This document shows, piece by piece, positions 22,701 to 37,700 of a stretch of DNA of 64,000 bases (position 1 is its first letter; each line of letters begins with the position of its first letter). Origin of the DNA: Antedon mediterranea (taxonomy: Eukaryota > Animalia > Echinodermata); assembly GCF_964355755.1 (NCBI RefSeq), contig NC_092680.1, forward strand, positions 10,912,001 through 10,976,000, written 5' to 3'. The notes below the pieces were generated by a model that saw only the letters and a program-made list of their open reading frames with translations, made no database searches and was not told the DNA's origin. Made by a program: the position numbers and the translations under genes.

Positions 22701-25700
22701 TATTCTGAGCACTTTGGTGTTTTTATGTTAAAAAGTTTTTTCGAAAATCACAACATGGTCTAAAACGTCTCAAAATGCGATTTGAAGCTATTCTGTACAC
22801 TTTGATGTTTTGTGTGAAAAAGTTTTGTCGAAATGCTCAAAATGGTCTAAAACGTTTTTAAAACGATATTAAGCTATTTTGTGCTCTTTGATGTTTTTGT
22901 GTAACCAAGTTTCATCGAAATCAACAAAATGGTCTAATACGTCTCCAAATGCGATTTGAAGCTTTTCCAAGCACTTTGCTGTTTTTATGTTAACAAGTTT
23001 TTTCGAAAATCACAAAATGGTCTAAAACGTCTTCAAATGCGATTTGAAGCTATTCTGTACACTTTGATGTTTTGTGTGAAAAAGTTTTGTCGAAATGCTC
23101 AAAATGGTCTAAAACGTTTTTAAATACGATATTAAGCTATTTTGTGATCTTTGATGTTTTTGTGTGAAAAGTTTTATCAAAATGCTCAAAATGGTCTGAA
23201 ACGGTTTCTAATGCGATTTGAAGCTATTCTGTACACTTTGAAGTTTTGTGCGAAAAAGTTTTCTCGAAATGCTCAAAATGGTCTAAAACGTTTTTATATA
23301 CCATATTAAGCTATTTTGTGCACTTTGATGTTTTTTGTGAAAAGTTTTATCGAAATGCTCAAAATGGTCTAAAACGGTTTCTATTGGGATTTTAAGCACT
23401 TTGATGATTTTGTGTAACCAAGTTTCATCGAAATGTACAAAATGGTCTAAAACGTCTCCAAATGCGATTTGAAGCTATTCTAAGTACTTTTGTGTTTTTA
23501 TGTTAACAAGTTTTTTCGAAAATCACAAAATGGTCTAAAACGTCTTCAAATGCGATTTGAAGCTATTCTGTACACTTTGATGTTTTGTGTGAAAAATTTT
23601 GTCGAAATGCTCAAAATGGTCTAAAACGTTTATAAATACGATATTAAGCTATTTTGTGATCTTTGATGTTTTTGTGTGAAAAGTTTTATCGAAATGCTCA
23701 AAAATGGTCTAAAACGGTTTCTAATGCGATTTGAAGCTATTCTGTACACTTTGAAGTTTTGTGGAAAAAGTTTTCTCGAAATGCTCAAAATGGTCTAAAA
23801 CGTTTTTATATACCATATTAAGCTATTTTGTGCACTTTGATGTTTTTTGTGAAAAGTTTTATTGAAATGCTCAAAATGGTCTAAAACGGTTTCTATTGTG
23901 ATTTTAAGCACTTTGATGATTTTGTGTAACCAAGTTTCATCGAAATGTACAAAATGGTCTAAAACGTCTCCAAATGCGATTTGAAGCTCTTCTGTACACT
24001 TTGATGTTTTGTGTGAAAAAGTTTTGTCGAAATTCTCAAAATGGTCTAAAACGTTTTTAAATACGATATTAAGCTGTTTTGTGCACTTTGATGATTTGTG
24101 TGAAAAGTTTTAACGAAATGCTCAAAATGGTCAAAAACGGTTTCTAATGTGATTTTAAGCACTTTGATGTTTTTGTGTAACCAAGTTTTTTTAAAAATCA
24201 CAAAATGGTCGAAAACGTCTCCAAATGCGATTTGAAGCTTTTCTAAGCACTTTGGTGTTTTTATGTTAACAAGTTTTTTCAAAAATCACAAAATGGTCTA
24301 AAACGTCTCCAAATGCGATTTGAAGATATTCTGAGCACTTTGGTGTTTTTATGTTAAAAAGTTTTTTCGAAATGCTCAAAATGGTCTAAAACGTTTTTAT
24401 ATACCATATTAAGCTATTTTGTGCACTTTGATGTTTTGTGTGAAAAAGTTTTGTCGAAATGCTCAAAATGGTCTAAAACGTTTTTAAAACGATATTAAGC
24501 TATTTTGTGCTCTTTGATGTTTTTGTGTAACCAAGTTTCATCGAAAATCACAAAATGGTCTAAAACGTCTCAAAATGCGATTTGAAGCTTTTCTAAGCAC
24601 TTTGGTGTTTTTATGTTAACAAGTTTTTTCGAAAATCACGAAATGGTCTAAAATGTCTCCAAATGCGATTTGAAGATATTCTGAGCACTTTGGTGTTTTT
24701 ATGTTAAAAAGTTTTTTCGAAAATCACAAAATGGTCTAAAACGTCTCCAAATGCGATTTGAAGCTCTTCTGTACACTTTGATGTTTTGTGTGAAAAAGTT
24801 TTGTCGAAATGCTCAAAATGGTCTAAAACGTTTTTAAATACGATATTAAGCTGTTTTTTGCACTTTGATGATTTGTGTGAAAAGTTTTAACGAAATGCTC
24901 AAAACGGTCTAAAACGGTTTCTAATGTGATTTTAAGCGCTTTGATGTTTTTGTGTAACCAAGTTTTTTCGAAAATCACAAAATGGTCTAAAACGTCTCCA
25001 AATGCGATTTGAAGCTTTTCTAAGCACTTTGGTGTTTTTATGTTAACAAGTTTTTTCGAAAATCACAAAATGGTCTAAAACGTCTCCAAATGCGATTTGA
25101 GGATATTCTGAGCACTTTGGTGTTTTTATGTTAAAAAGTTTTTTCGAAAATCACAAAATGGTCTAAAACGTCTCAAAATGCGATTTGAAGCTATTCTGTA
25201 CACTTTGATGTTTTGTGTGAAAAAGTTTTGTCGAAATGCTCAAAATGGTCTAAAACGTTTTTAAAACGATATTAAGCTATTTTGTGCTCTTTGATGTTTT
25301 TGTGTAACCAAGTTTCATCGAAATCAACAAAATGGTCTAATACGTCTCCAAATGCGATTTGAAGCTTTTCCAAGCACTTTGCTGTTTTTATGTTAACAAG
25401 TTTTTTCGAAAATCACAAAATGGTCTAAAACGTCTTCAAATGCGATTTGAAGCTATTCTGTACACTTTGATGTTTTGTGTGAAAAAGTTTTGTCGAAATG
25501 CTCAAAATGGTCTAAAACGTTTTTAAATACAATATTAAGCTATTTTGTGATCTTTGATGTTTTTGTGTGAAAAGTTTTATCGAAATGCTCAAAATGGTCT
25601 AAAACGGTTTCTAATGCGATTTGAAGCTATTCGGTACACTTTGAAGTTTTTTGTGAAAAAGTTTTCTCGAAATGCTCAAAATGGTCTAAAAAGTTTTTAT

Positions 25701-28700
25701 ATACCATATTAAGCTATTTTGTGCACTTTGATGTTTTTTGTGAAAAGTTTTATCGAAATGCTCAAAATGGTCTAAAACGGTTTCTATTGTGATTTTAAGC
25801 ACTTTGATGATTTTGTGTAGCCAAGTTTCATCGAAATGTACAAAATGGTCTAAAACGTCTCCAAATGCGATTTGAAGCTATTCTAAGTACTTTTGTGTTT
25901 TTATGTTAACAAGTTTTTTCGAAAATCACAAAATGGTCTAAAACGTCTTCAAATGCGATTTGAAGCTATTCTGTACACTTTGATGTTTTGTGTGAAAAAG
26001 TTTTGTCGAAATGCTCAAAATGGTCTAAAACGTTTTTAAATACGATATTAAGCTATTTTGTGATCTTTGATGTTTTTGTGTGAAAAGTTTTATCGAAATG
26101 CTCAAAATGGTCTAAAACGGTTTCTAATGCGATTTGAAGCTATTCTGTACACTTTGAAGTTTTTTGTGAAAAAGTTTTCTCGAAATGCTCAAAATGGTCT
26201 AAAACGTTTTTATATACCATATTAAGCTATTTTGTGCACTTTGATGTTTTTTGTGAAAAGTTTTATCGAAATTCTCAAAATGGTCTAAAACGGTTTCTAT
26301 TGTGACTTTAAGCACTTTGATGATTTTGTGTAACCAAGTTTCATCGAAATGTACAAAATGGTCTAAAACGTCTCCAAATGCGATTTGAAGCTCTTCTGTA
26401 CACTTTGATGTTTTGTGTGAAAAAGTTTTGTCGAAATTCTCAAAATGGTCTAAAACGTTTTTAAATATGATATTAAGCTGTTTTGTGCACTTTGATGATT
26501 TGTGTGAAAAGTTTTAACGAAATGCTCAAAATGGTCAAAAACGGTTTCTAATGTGATTTTAAACACTTTGATGTTTTTGTGTAACCAAGTTTTTTCAAAA
26601 ATCACAAAATGGTCTAAAACGACTGCAAATGCGATTTGAAGCTTTTCTAAGCACTTTGGTGTTTTTATGTTAACAAGTTTTTTCGAAAATCACAAAATGG
26701 TCTAAAACGTCTCTAAATGCGATTTGAAGATATTCTGAGCACTTTGGTGTTTTTATGTTAAAAAGTTTTTTCGAAAATCACAAAATAGTCTAAACCGTCT
26801 CAAAATGCGATTTGAAGCTATTCTGTACACTTTGATGTTTTGTGTGAAAAAGTTTTGTCGAAATGCTCAAAATGGTCTAAAACGTTTTTAAAACGATATT
26901 AAGCTATTTTGTGCTCTTTGATGTTTTTGTGTAACCAAGTTTCATCGAAAATCACAAAATGGTCTAAAACGTCTCCAAATGCGATTTGAAGCTTTTCTAA
27001 GCACTTTGGTGTTTTTATGTTAACAAGTTTTTTCGAAAATCACGAAATGGTCTAAAATGTCTCCAAATGCGATTTGAAGATATTCTGAGCACTTTGGTGT
27101 TTTTATGTTAAAACGTCTTTTCGAAAATCACAAAATGGTCTAAAACGTCTCCAAATGCGATTTGAAGCTCTTCTGTACACTTTGATGTTTTGTGTGAAAA
27201 AGTTTTGTCGAAATGCTCAAAATGGTCTAAAACGTTTTTAAATACGATATTAAGCTGTTTTGTGCAGTTTGATGATTTGTGTGAAAAGTTTTAACGAAAT
27301 GCTCAAAATGGTCTAAAACGGTTTCTAATGTGATTTTAAGCACTTTGATGTTTTTGTGTAACCAAGTTTTTTCGAAAATCACAAAATGGTCTAAAACGTC
27401 TCCAAATGCGATTTGAAGCTTTTCTAAGCACTTTGGTGTTTTTATGTTAACAAGTTTTTTCGAAAATCACAAAATGTTCTAAAACGTCTCCAAATGCGAT
27501 TTGAAGCTATTCTGCACACTTTGATGTTTTGTGTGAAAAAGTTTTGTCGAAATACTCAAAATGGTCTAAAACGTTTTGAAAACGATATTAAGCTATTTTG
27601 TGCTCTTTGATGTTTTTGTGTAACCAAGTTTCATCGAAATCAACAAAATGGTCTAATACGTCTCCAAATGCGATTTGAAGCTTTTCCAAGCACTTTGCTT
27701 TTTTTATGTTAACAAGTTTTTTCGAAAATCACAAAATGGTCTAAAACGTCTTCAAATGCGATTTGAAGCTATTCTGTACACTTTGATGTTTTGTGTGAAA
27801 AAGTTTTGTCGAAATGCTCAAAATGGTCTAAAACGTTTTTAAATACGATATTAAGCTATTTTGTGATCTTTGATGTTTTTGTGTGAAAAGTTTTATCGAA
27901 ATGCTCAAAATGGTCTAAAACGGTTTCAAATGCGATTTGAAGCTATTCTGTACACTTTGAAGTTTTTTGTGAAAAGGTTTTCTCGAAATGCTCAAAATGG
28001 TCTAAAACGTTTTTATATACCATATTAACCTATTTTGGGCACTTTGATGTTTTTTGTGAAAAGTTTTATCGAAATGCTCAAAATGGTCTAAAACGGTTTC
28101 TATTGTGATTTTAAGCACTTTGATTATTTTGTGTAACCAAGTTTCATCGAAATGTACAAAATGGTCTAAAACGTCTCCAAATGCGATTTGAAGCTATTCT
28201 AAGTACTTTTGTGTTTTTATGTTAACAAGTTTTTTCAAAAATCACAAAATGGTCTAAAACGTCTTCAAATCTGATTTGAAGCTATTCTGTACACTTTGAT
28301 GTTTTGTGTGAAAAAGTTTTGTCGAAATGCTCAAAATGGTCTAAAACGTTTTTAAATACGATATTAAGCTATTTTGTGATCTTTGATGTTTTTGTGTGAA
28401 AAGTTTTATCGAAATGCTCAAAATGGTCTGAAACGGTTTCTAATGCGATTTGAAGCAATTCTGTACACTTTGAAGTTTTTTGTGAAAAAGTTTTCTCGAA
28501 ATGCTCAAAATGGTCTAAAACGTTTTTATATACCATATTAAGCTAATTTGTGCACTTTGATGTTTTTTGTGAAAAGTTTTATCGAAATGCTCAAAATGGT
28601 CTAAAACGGTTTCTATTGTGATTTTAAGCACTTTGATGATTTTGTGTAACCAAGTTTCATCGAAATGTACAAAATGGTCTAAAACGTCTCCAAATGCGAT

Positions 28701-31700
28701 TTGAAGCTTTTCTAAGCACTTTGGTGTTTTTATGTTAACAAGTTTTTTTGAAAATCACAAAATGGTCTAAAACGTCTCCAAATGCGATTTGAAGATATTC
28801 TGAGCACTTTGGTGTTTTTATGTTAAAAAGTTTTTTCGAAAATCACAAAATAGTCTAAAAAGTCTCAAAATGCGATTTGAAGCTATTCTGTACACTTTGA
28901 TGTTTTGTGTGAAAAAGTTTTGTCGAAATGCTCAAAATGGTCTAAAACGTTTTTAAAACGATATTAAGCTATTTTGTGCTCTTTGATGTTTTTGTGTAAC
29001 CAAGTTTCATCGAAAATCACAAAATGGTCTAAAACGTCTCAAAATGCGATTTGAAGCTTTTCTAAGCACTTTGGTGTTTTTATGTTAACAAGTTTTTTCG
29101 AAAATCACAAAATGGTCTAAAACGTCTCCAAATGCGATTTGAAGATATTCTGAGCACTTTGGTGTTTTTATGTTAAAAAGTTTTTTCGAAAATCACAAAA
29201 TAGTCTAAAACGTCTCCAAATGCGATTTGAAGCTATTCTGTACACTTTGATGTTTTGTGTGAAAAAGTTTTGTCGAAATGCTCAAAATGGTCTAAAACGT
29301 TTTTAAAACGATATTAAGCTATTTTGTGCTCTTTGATGTTTTTGTGTAACCAAGTTTCATCGAAAATCACAAAATGGTCTAAAACGTCTCCAAATGCGAT
29401 TTGAAGCTTTTCTAAGCACTTTGGTGTTTTTATGTTAACAAGTTTTTTCGAAAATCACGAAATTGTCTAAAATGTCTCCAAATGCGATTTTAAGATATTC
29501 TGAGCACTTTGGTGTTTTTATGTTAAAACTTTTTTTCGAAAATCACAAAATGGTCTAAAACGTCTCCAAATGCGATTTGAAGCTCTTCTGTACACTTTGA
29601 TGTTTTGTGTGAAAAAGTTTTGTCGAAATGCTCAAAATGGTCTAAAACGTTTTTAAATACGATATTAAGCTGTTTTGTGCAGTTTGATGATTTGTGTGAA
29701 AAGTTTTAACGAAATGCTCAAAATGGTCTAAAACGGTTTCTAATGCGATTTGAAGCTATTCTGTACACTTTGAAGTTTTTTGTGAAAAAGTTTTCTCGAA
29801 ATGCTCAAAATGGTCTAAAACGTTTTTATATACCATATTAAGCTATTTTGTGCACTTTGATGTTTTTTGTGAAAAGTTTTATCGAAATGCTCAAAATGGT
29901 CTGAAACGGTTTCTATTGTGATTTTAAGCACTTTGATGATTTTGTGTAACCAAGTTTCATCGAAATGTACAAAATGGTCTAAAACGTCTCCAAATGCGAT
30001 TTGAAGCTATTCTAAGTACTTTTGTGTTTTTATGTTAACAAGTTTTTTCGAAAATCACGAAATGGTCTAAAATGTCTCCAAATGCGATTTGAAGATATTC
30101 TGAGCACTTTGGTGTTTTTATGTTAAAAAGTTTTGTCGAAATGCTCAAAATGGTCTAAAACGTTTTTAAATACGATATTAAGCTATTTTGTGATCTTTGA
30201 TGTTTTTGTGTGAAAAGTTTTATCGAAATGCTCAAAATGGTCTAAAACGGTTTCTATTGTGATTTTAAGCACTTTGATGATTTTGTGTAACCAAGTTTCA
30301 TCGAAATGTACAAAATGGTCTAAAACGTCTCCAAATGCGATTTGAAGCTATTCTAAGTACTTTTGTGGTTTGTTTTTTCGAAAATCACGAAATGGTCTAA
30401 AACGTCTTCAAATGCGATTTGAAGCTATTCTGTACACTTTGATGTTTTGTGTGAAAAAGTTTTGTCGAAATGCTCAAAATGGTCTAAAACGTTTTTAAAT
30501 ACGATATTAAGCTATTTTGTGATCTTTGATGTTTTTGTGTGAAAAGTTTTATCGAAATGCTCAAAATGGTCTAAAACGGTTTCTATTGTGATTTTAAGCA
30601 CTTTGATGATTTTGTGTAACCAAGTTTCATCGAAATGTACAAAATGGTCTAAAACGTCTCCAAATGCGATTTGAAGCTATTCTAAGTACTTTTGTGTTTT
30701 TATGTTAACAAGTTTTTTTCGAAAATCACAAAATGGTCTAAAACGTCTTCAAATGCGATTTGAAGCTATTCTGTACACTTTGATGTTTTGTGTGAAAAAG
30801 TTTTGTCAAAATGCTCAAAATGGTCTAAAACGTTTTTAAAACGATATTAAGCTATTTTGTGCTCTTTGATGTTTTTGTGTAACCAAGTTTTTTCAAAAAT
30901 TTCAAAATGGTCTAAAACGTCTCCAAAAGCGATTTGAAGCTTTTCTAAGCACTTTGGTGTTTTTATGTTAACAAGTTTTTTCGAAAATCACAAAATGGTC
31001 TAAAACGTCTCCAAATGCGATTTGAAGATATTCTGAGCACTTTGGTGTTTTTATGTTAAAAAGTTTTTTCGAAAATCACAAAATGGTCTAAAACGTCTTC
31101 AAATGCGATTTGAAGCTATTCTGTACACTTTGATGTTTTGTGTGAAAAAGTTTTGTCGAAATGCTCAAAATGGTCTAAAACGTTTTTAAATACGATATTA
31201 AGCTATTTTGTGATCTTTGATGTTTTTGTGTGAAAAGTTTTATCGAAATGCTCAAAATGGTCTAAAACGGTTTCTAATGCGATTTGAAGCTATTCTGTAC
31301 ACTTTGAAGTTTTGTGTGAAAAAGTTTTCTCGAAATGCTCAAAATGGTCTAAAACGTTTTTATATACCATATTAAGCTATTTTGTGCACTTTGATGTTTT
31401 TTGTGAAAAGTTTTATCGAAATGCTCAAAATGGTCTAAAACGGTTTCTATTGTGATTTTAAGCACTTTGATGATTTTGTGTAACCAAGTTTCATCGAAAT
31501 GTACAAAATGGTCTAAAACGTCTCCAAATGCGATTTGAAGCTATTCTAAGTACTTTTGTGTTTTTATGTTAACAAGTTTTTTCGAAAATCACAAAATGGT
31601 CTAAAACGTCTCCAAATGCGATTTGAAGCTATTCTGTACACTTTGATGTTTTGTGTGAAAAAGTTTTGTCGAAATGCTCAAAATGGTCTAAAACGTTTTT

Positions 31701-34700
31701 AAAACGATATTAAGCTATTTTGTGCTCTTTGATGTTTTTGTGTAACCAAGTTTCATCGAAATCAACAAAATGGTCTAATACGTCTCCAAATGCGATTTGA
31801 AGCTTTTCCAAGCACTTTGCTGTTTTTATGTTAACAAGTTTTTTCGAAAATCACAAAATGGTCTAAAACGTCTTCAAATGCGATTTGAAGCTATTCTGTA
31901 CACTTTGATGTTTTGTGTGAAAAAGTTTTGTCGAAATGCTCAAAATGGTCTAAAACGTTTTTAAATACGATATTAAGCTATTTTGTGATCTTTGATGTTT
32001 TTGTGTGAAAAGTTTTATCGAAATGCTCAAAATGGTCTAAAACGGTTTCTAATGCGATTTGAAGCTATTCTGTACACTTTGAAGTTTTTTGTTAAAAAGT
32101 TTTCTCGAAATGCTCAAAATGGTCTAAAAAGTTTTTATATACCATATTAAGCTATTTTGTGCACTTTGATGTTTTTTGTGAAAAGTTTTATCGAAATGCT
32201 CAAAATGGTCTAAAACGGTTTCTATTGTGATTTTAAGCACTTTGATGATTTTGTGTAACCAAGTTTCATCGAAATGTACAAAATGGTCTAAAACGTCTCC
32301 AAATGCGATTTGAAGCTAATCTAAGTACTTTTGTGTTTTTATGTTAACAAGTTTTTTCGAAAATCACAAAATGGTCTAAAACGTCTTCAAATGCGATTTG
32401 AAGCTATTCTGTACACTTTGATGTTTTGTGTGAAAAAGTTTTGTCGAAATGCTCAAAATGGTCTAAAACGTTTTTAAATACGATATTAAGCTATTTTGTG
32501 ATCTTTGATGTTTTTGTGTGAAAAGTTTTATCGAAATGCTCAAAATGGTCTAAAACGGTTTCTAATGCGATTTGAAGCTATTCTGTACACTTTGAAGTTT
32601 TTTGTGAAAAAGTTTTCTCGAAATGCTCAAAATGGTCTAAAACGTTTTTATATACCATATTAAGCTATTTTGTGCACTTTGATGTTTTTTGTGAAAAGTT
32701 TTATCGAAATTCTCAAAATGGTCTAAAACGGTTTCTATTGTGATTTTAAGCACTTTGATGATTTTGTGTAACCAAGTTTCATCGAAATGTACAAAATGGT
32801 CTAAAACGTCTCCAAATGCGATTTGAAGCTCTTCTGTACACTTTGATGTTTTGTGTGAAAAAGTTTTGTCGAAATTCTCAAAATGGTCTAAAACGTTTTT
32901 AAATACGATATTAAGCTGTTTTGTGCACTTTGATGATTTGTGTGAAAAGTTTTAACGAAATGCTCAAAATGGTCAAAAACGGTTTCTAATGTGATTTTAA
33001 GCACTTTGATGTTTTTGTGTAACCAAGTTTTTTCAAAAATCACAAAATGGTCGAAAACGTCTCCAAATGCGATTTGAAGCTTTTCTAAGCACTTTGGTGT
33101 TTTTATGTTAACAAGTTTTTTCGAAAATCACAAAATGGTCTAAAACGTCTCCAAATGCGATTTGAAGATATTCTGAGCACTTTGGTGTTTTTATGTTAAA
33201 AAGTTTTTTCGAAAATCACAAAATAGTCTAAAACGTCTCAAAATTCGATTTGAAGCTATTCTGTACACTTTTATGTTTTGTGTGAAAAAGTTTTGTCGAA
33301 ATGCTCAAAATGGTCTAAAACGTTTTTAAAACGATATTAAGCTATTTTGTGCTCTTTGATGTTTTTGTGTAACCAAGTTTCATCGAAAATCACAAAATGG
33401 TCTAAAACGTCTCCAAATGCGATTTGAAGCTTTTCTAAGCACTTTGGTGTTTTTATGTTAACAAGTTTTTTCGAAAATCACGAAATGGTCTAAAATGTCT
33501 CCAAATGCGATTTGAAGATATTCTGAGCACTTTGGTGTTTTTATGTTAAAAAGTTTTTTCGAAAATCACAAAATGGTCTAAAACGTCTCCAAATGCGATT
33601 TGAGGATATTCTGAGCACTTTGGTGTTTTTATGTTAAAAAGTTTTTTCGAAAATCACAAAATGGTCTAAAACGTCTCAAAATGCGATTTGAAGCTATTCT
33701 GTACACTTTGATGTTTTTTGTGAAAAAGTTTTGTCGAAATGCTCAAAATGGTCTAAAACGTTTTTAAAACGATATTAAGCTATTTTGTGCTCTTTGATGT
33801 TTTTGTGTAACCAAGTTTCATCGAAATCAACAAAATGGTCTAATACGTCTCCAAATGCGATTTGAAGCTTTTCCAAGCACTTTGCTGTTTTTATGTTAAC
33901 AAGTTTTTTCGAAAATCACAAAATGGTCTAAAACGTCTTCAAATGCGATTTGAAGCTATTCTGTACACTTTGATGTTTTGTGTGAAAAAGTTTTGTCGAA
34001 ATGCTCAAAATGGTCTAAAACGTTTTTAAATACGATATTAAGCTATTTTGTGATCTTTGATGTTTTTGTGTGAAAAGTTTTATCAAAATGCTCAAAATGG
34101 TCTGAAACGGTTTCTAATGCGATTTGAAGCTATTCTGTACACTTTGAAGTTTTGTGCGAAAAAGTTTTCTCGAAATGCTCAAAATGGTCTAAAACGTTTT
34201 TATATACCATATTAAGCTATTTTGTGCACTTTGATGTTTTTTGTGAAAAGTTTTATCGAAATGCTCAAAATGGTCTAAAACGGTTTCTATTGGGATTTTA
34301 AGCACTTTGATGATTTTGTGTAACCAAGTTTCATCGAAATGTACAAAATGGTCTAAAACGTCTCCAAATGCGATTTGAAGCTATTCTAAGTACTTTTGTG
34401 TTTTTATGTTAACAAGTTTTTTCGAAAATCACAAAATGGTCTAAAACGTCTTCAAATGCGATTTGAAGCTATTCTGTACACTTTGATGTTTTGTGTGAAA
34501 AATTTTGTCGAAATGCTCAAAATGGTCTAAAACGTTTATAAATACGATATTAAGCTATTTTGTGATCTTTGATGTTTTTGTGTGAAAAGTTTTATCGAAA
34601 TGCTCAAAAATGGTCTAAAACGGTTTCTAATGCGATTTGAAGCTATTCTGTACACTTTGAAGTTTTGTGGAAAAAGTTTTCTCGAAATGCTCAAAATGGT

Positions 34701-37700
34701 CTAAAACGTTTTTATATACCATATTAAGCTATTTTGTGCACTTTGATGTTTTTTGTGAAAAGTTTTATTGAAATGCTCAAAATGGTCTAAAACGGTTTCT
34801 ATTGTGATTTTAAGCACTTTGATGATTTTGTGTAACCAAGTTTCATCGAAATGTACAAAATGGTCTAAAACGTCTCCAAATGCGATTTGAAGCTCTTCTG
34901 TACACTTTGATGTTTTGTGTGAAAAAGTTTTGTCGAAATTCTCAAAATGGTCTAAAACGTTTTTAAATACGATATTAAGCTGTTTTGTGCACTTTGATGA
35001 TTTGTGTGAAAAGTTTTAACGAAATGCTCAAAATGGTCAAAAACGGTTTCTAATGTGATTTTAAGCACTTTGATGTTTTTGTGTAACCAAGTTTTTTTAA
35101 AAATCACAAAATGGTCGAAAACGTCTCCAAATGCGATTTGAAGCTTTTCTAAGCACTTTGGTGTTTTTATGTTAACAAGTTTTTTCAAAAATCACAAAAT
35201 GGTCTAAAACGTCTCCAAATGCGATTTGAAGATATTCTGAGCACTTTGGTGTTTTTATGTTAAAAAGTTTTTTCGAAATGCTCAAAATGGTCTAAAACGT
35301 TTTTATATACCATATAAAGCTATTTTGTGCACTTTGATGTTTTGTGTGAAAAAGTTTTGTCGAAATGCTCAAAATGGTCTAAAACGTTTTTAAAACGATA
35401 TTAAGCTATTTTGTGCTCTTTGATGTTTTTGTGTAACCAAGTTTCATCGAAAATCACAAAATGGTCTAAAACGTCTCCAAATGCGATTTGAAGCTTTTCT
35501 AAGCACTTTGGTGTTTTTATGTTAACAAGTTTTTTCGAAAATCACGAAATTGTCTAAAATGTCTCCAAATGCGATTTTAAGATATTCTGAGCACTTTGGT
35601 GTTTTTATGTTAAAACTTTTTTTCGAAAATCACAAAATGGTCTAAAACGTCTCCAAATGCGATTTGAAGCTCTTCTGTACACTTTGATGTTTTGTGTGAA
35701 AAAGTTTTGTCGAAATGCTCAAAATGGTCTAAAACGTTTTTAAATACGATATTAAGCTGTTTTTTGCACTTTGATGATTTGTGTGAAAAGTTTTAACGAA
35801 ATGCTCAAAATGGTCTAAAACGGTTTCTAATGCGATTTGAAGCTATTCTGTACACTTTGAAGTTTTTTGTGAAAAAGTTTTCTCGAAATGCTCAAAATGG
35901 TCTAAAACGTTTTTATATACCATATTAAGCTATTTTGTGCACTTTGATGTTTTTTGTGAAAAGTTTTATCGAAATGCTCAAAATGGTCTGAAACTGTTTC
36001 TATTGTGATTTTAAGCACTTTGATGATTTTCTGTAACCAAGTTTCATCGAAATGTACAAAATGGTCTAAAACGTCTCCAAATGCGATTTGAAGCTATTCT
36101 AAGTACTTTTGTGTTTTTATGTTAACAAGTTTTTTCGAAAATCACGAAATGGTCTAAAATGTCTCCAAATGCGATTTGAAGATATTCTGAGCACTTTGGT
36201 GTTTTTATGTTAAAAAGTTTTGTCGAAATGCTCAAAATGGTCTAAAACGTTTTTAAATACGATATTAAGCTATTTTGTGATCTTTGATGTTTTTGTGTGA
36301 AAAGTTTTATCGAAATGCTCAAAATGGTCTAAAACGGTTTCTATTGTGATTTTAAGCACTTTGATGATTTTGTGTAACCAAGTTTCATCGAAATGTACAA
36401 AATGGTCTAAAACGTCTCCAAATGCGATTTGAAGCTATTCTAAGTACTTTTGTGGTTTTATGTTAACAAGTTTTTTCGAAAATCACGAAATGGTCTAAAA
36501 CGTCTTCAAATGCGATTTGAAGCTATTCTGTACACTTTGATGTTTTGTGTGAAAAAGTTTTGTCGAAATGCTCAAAATGGTCTAAAACGTTTTTAAATAC
36601 GATATTAAGCTATTTTGTGATCTTTGATGTTTTTGTGTGAAAAGTTTTATCGAAATGCTCCAAATGGTCTAAAACGGTTTCTATTGTGATTTTAAGCACT
36701 TTGATGATTTTGTGTAACCAAGTTTCATCGAAATGTACAAAATGGTCTAAAACGTCTCCAAATGCGATTTGAAGCTATTCTAAGTACTTTTGTGTTTTTA
36801 TGTTAACAAGTTTTTTTCGAAAATCACAAAATGGTCTAAAACGTCTTCAAATGCGATTTGAAGCTATTCTGTACACTTTGATGTTTTGTGTGAAAAAGTT
36901 TTGTCAAAATGCTCAAAATGGTCTAAAACGTTTTTAAAACGATATTAAGCTATTTTGTGCTCTTTGATGTTTTTGTGTAACCAAGTTTTTTCAAAAATTT
37001 CAAAATGGTCTAAAACGTCTCCAAAAGCGATTTGAAGCTTTTCTAAGCACTTTGGTGTTTTTATGTTAACAAGTTTTTTCGAAAATCACAAAATGGTCTA
37101 AAACGTCTCCAAATGCGATTTGAAGATATTCTGAGCACTTTGGTGTTTTTATGTTAAAAAGTTTTTTCGAAAATCACAAAATGGTCTAAAACGTCTTCAA
37201 ATGCGATTTGAAGCTATTCTGTACACTTTGATGTTTTGTGTGAAAAAGTTTTGTCGAAATGCTCAAAATGGTCTAAAACGTTTTTAAATACGATATTAAG
37301 CTATTTTGTGATCTTTGATGTTTTTGTGTGAAAAGTTTTATCGAAATGCTCAAAATGGTCTAAAACGGTTTCTAATGCGATTTGAAGCTATTCTGTACAC
37401 TTTGAAGTTTTGTGTGAAAAAGTTTTCTCGAAATGCTCAAAATGGTCTAAAACGTTTTTATATACCATATTAAGCTATTTTGTGCACTTTGATGTTTTTT
37501 GTGAAAAGTTTTATCGAAATGCTCAAAATGGTCTAAAACGGTTTCTATTGTGATTTTAAGCACTTTGATGATTTTGTGTAACCAAGTTTCATCGAAATGT
37601 ACAAAATGGTCTAAAACGTCTCCAAATGCGATTTGAAGCTATTCTAAGTACTTTTGTGTTTTTATGTTAACAAGTTTTTTCGAAAATCACAAAATGGTCT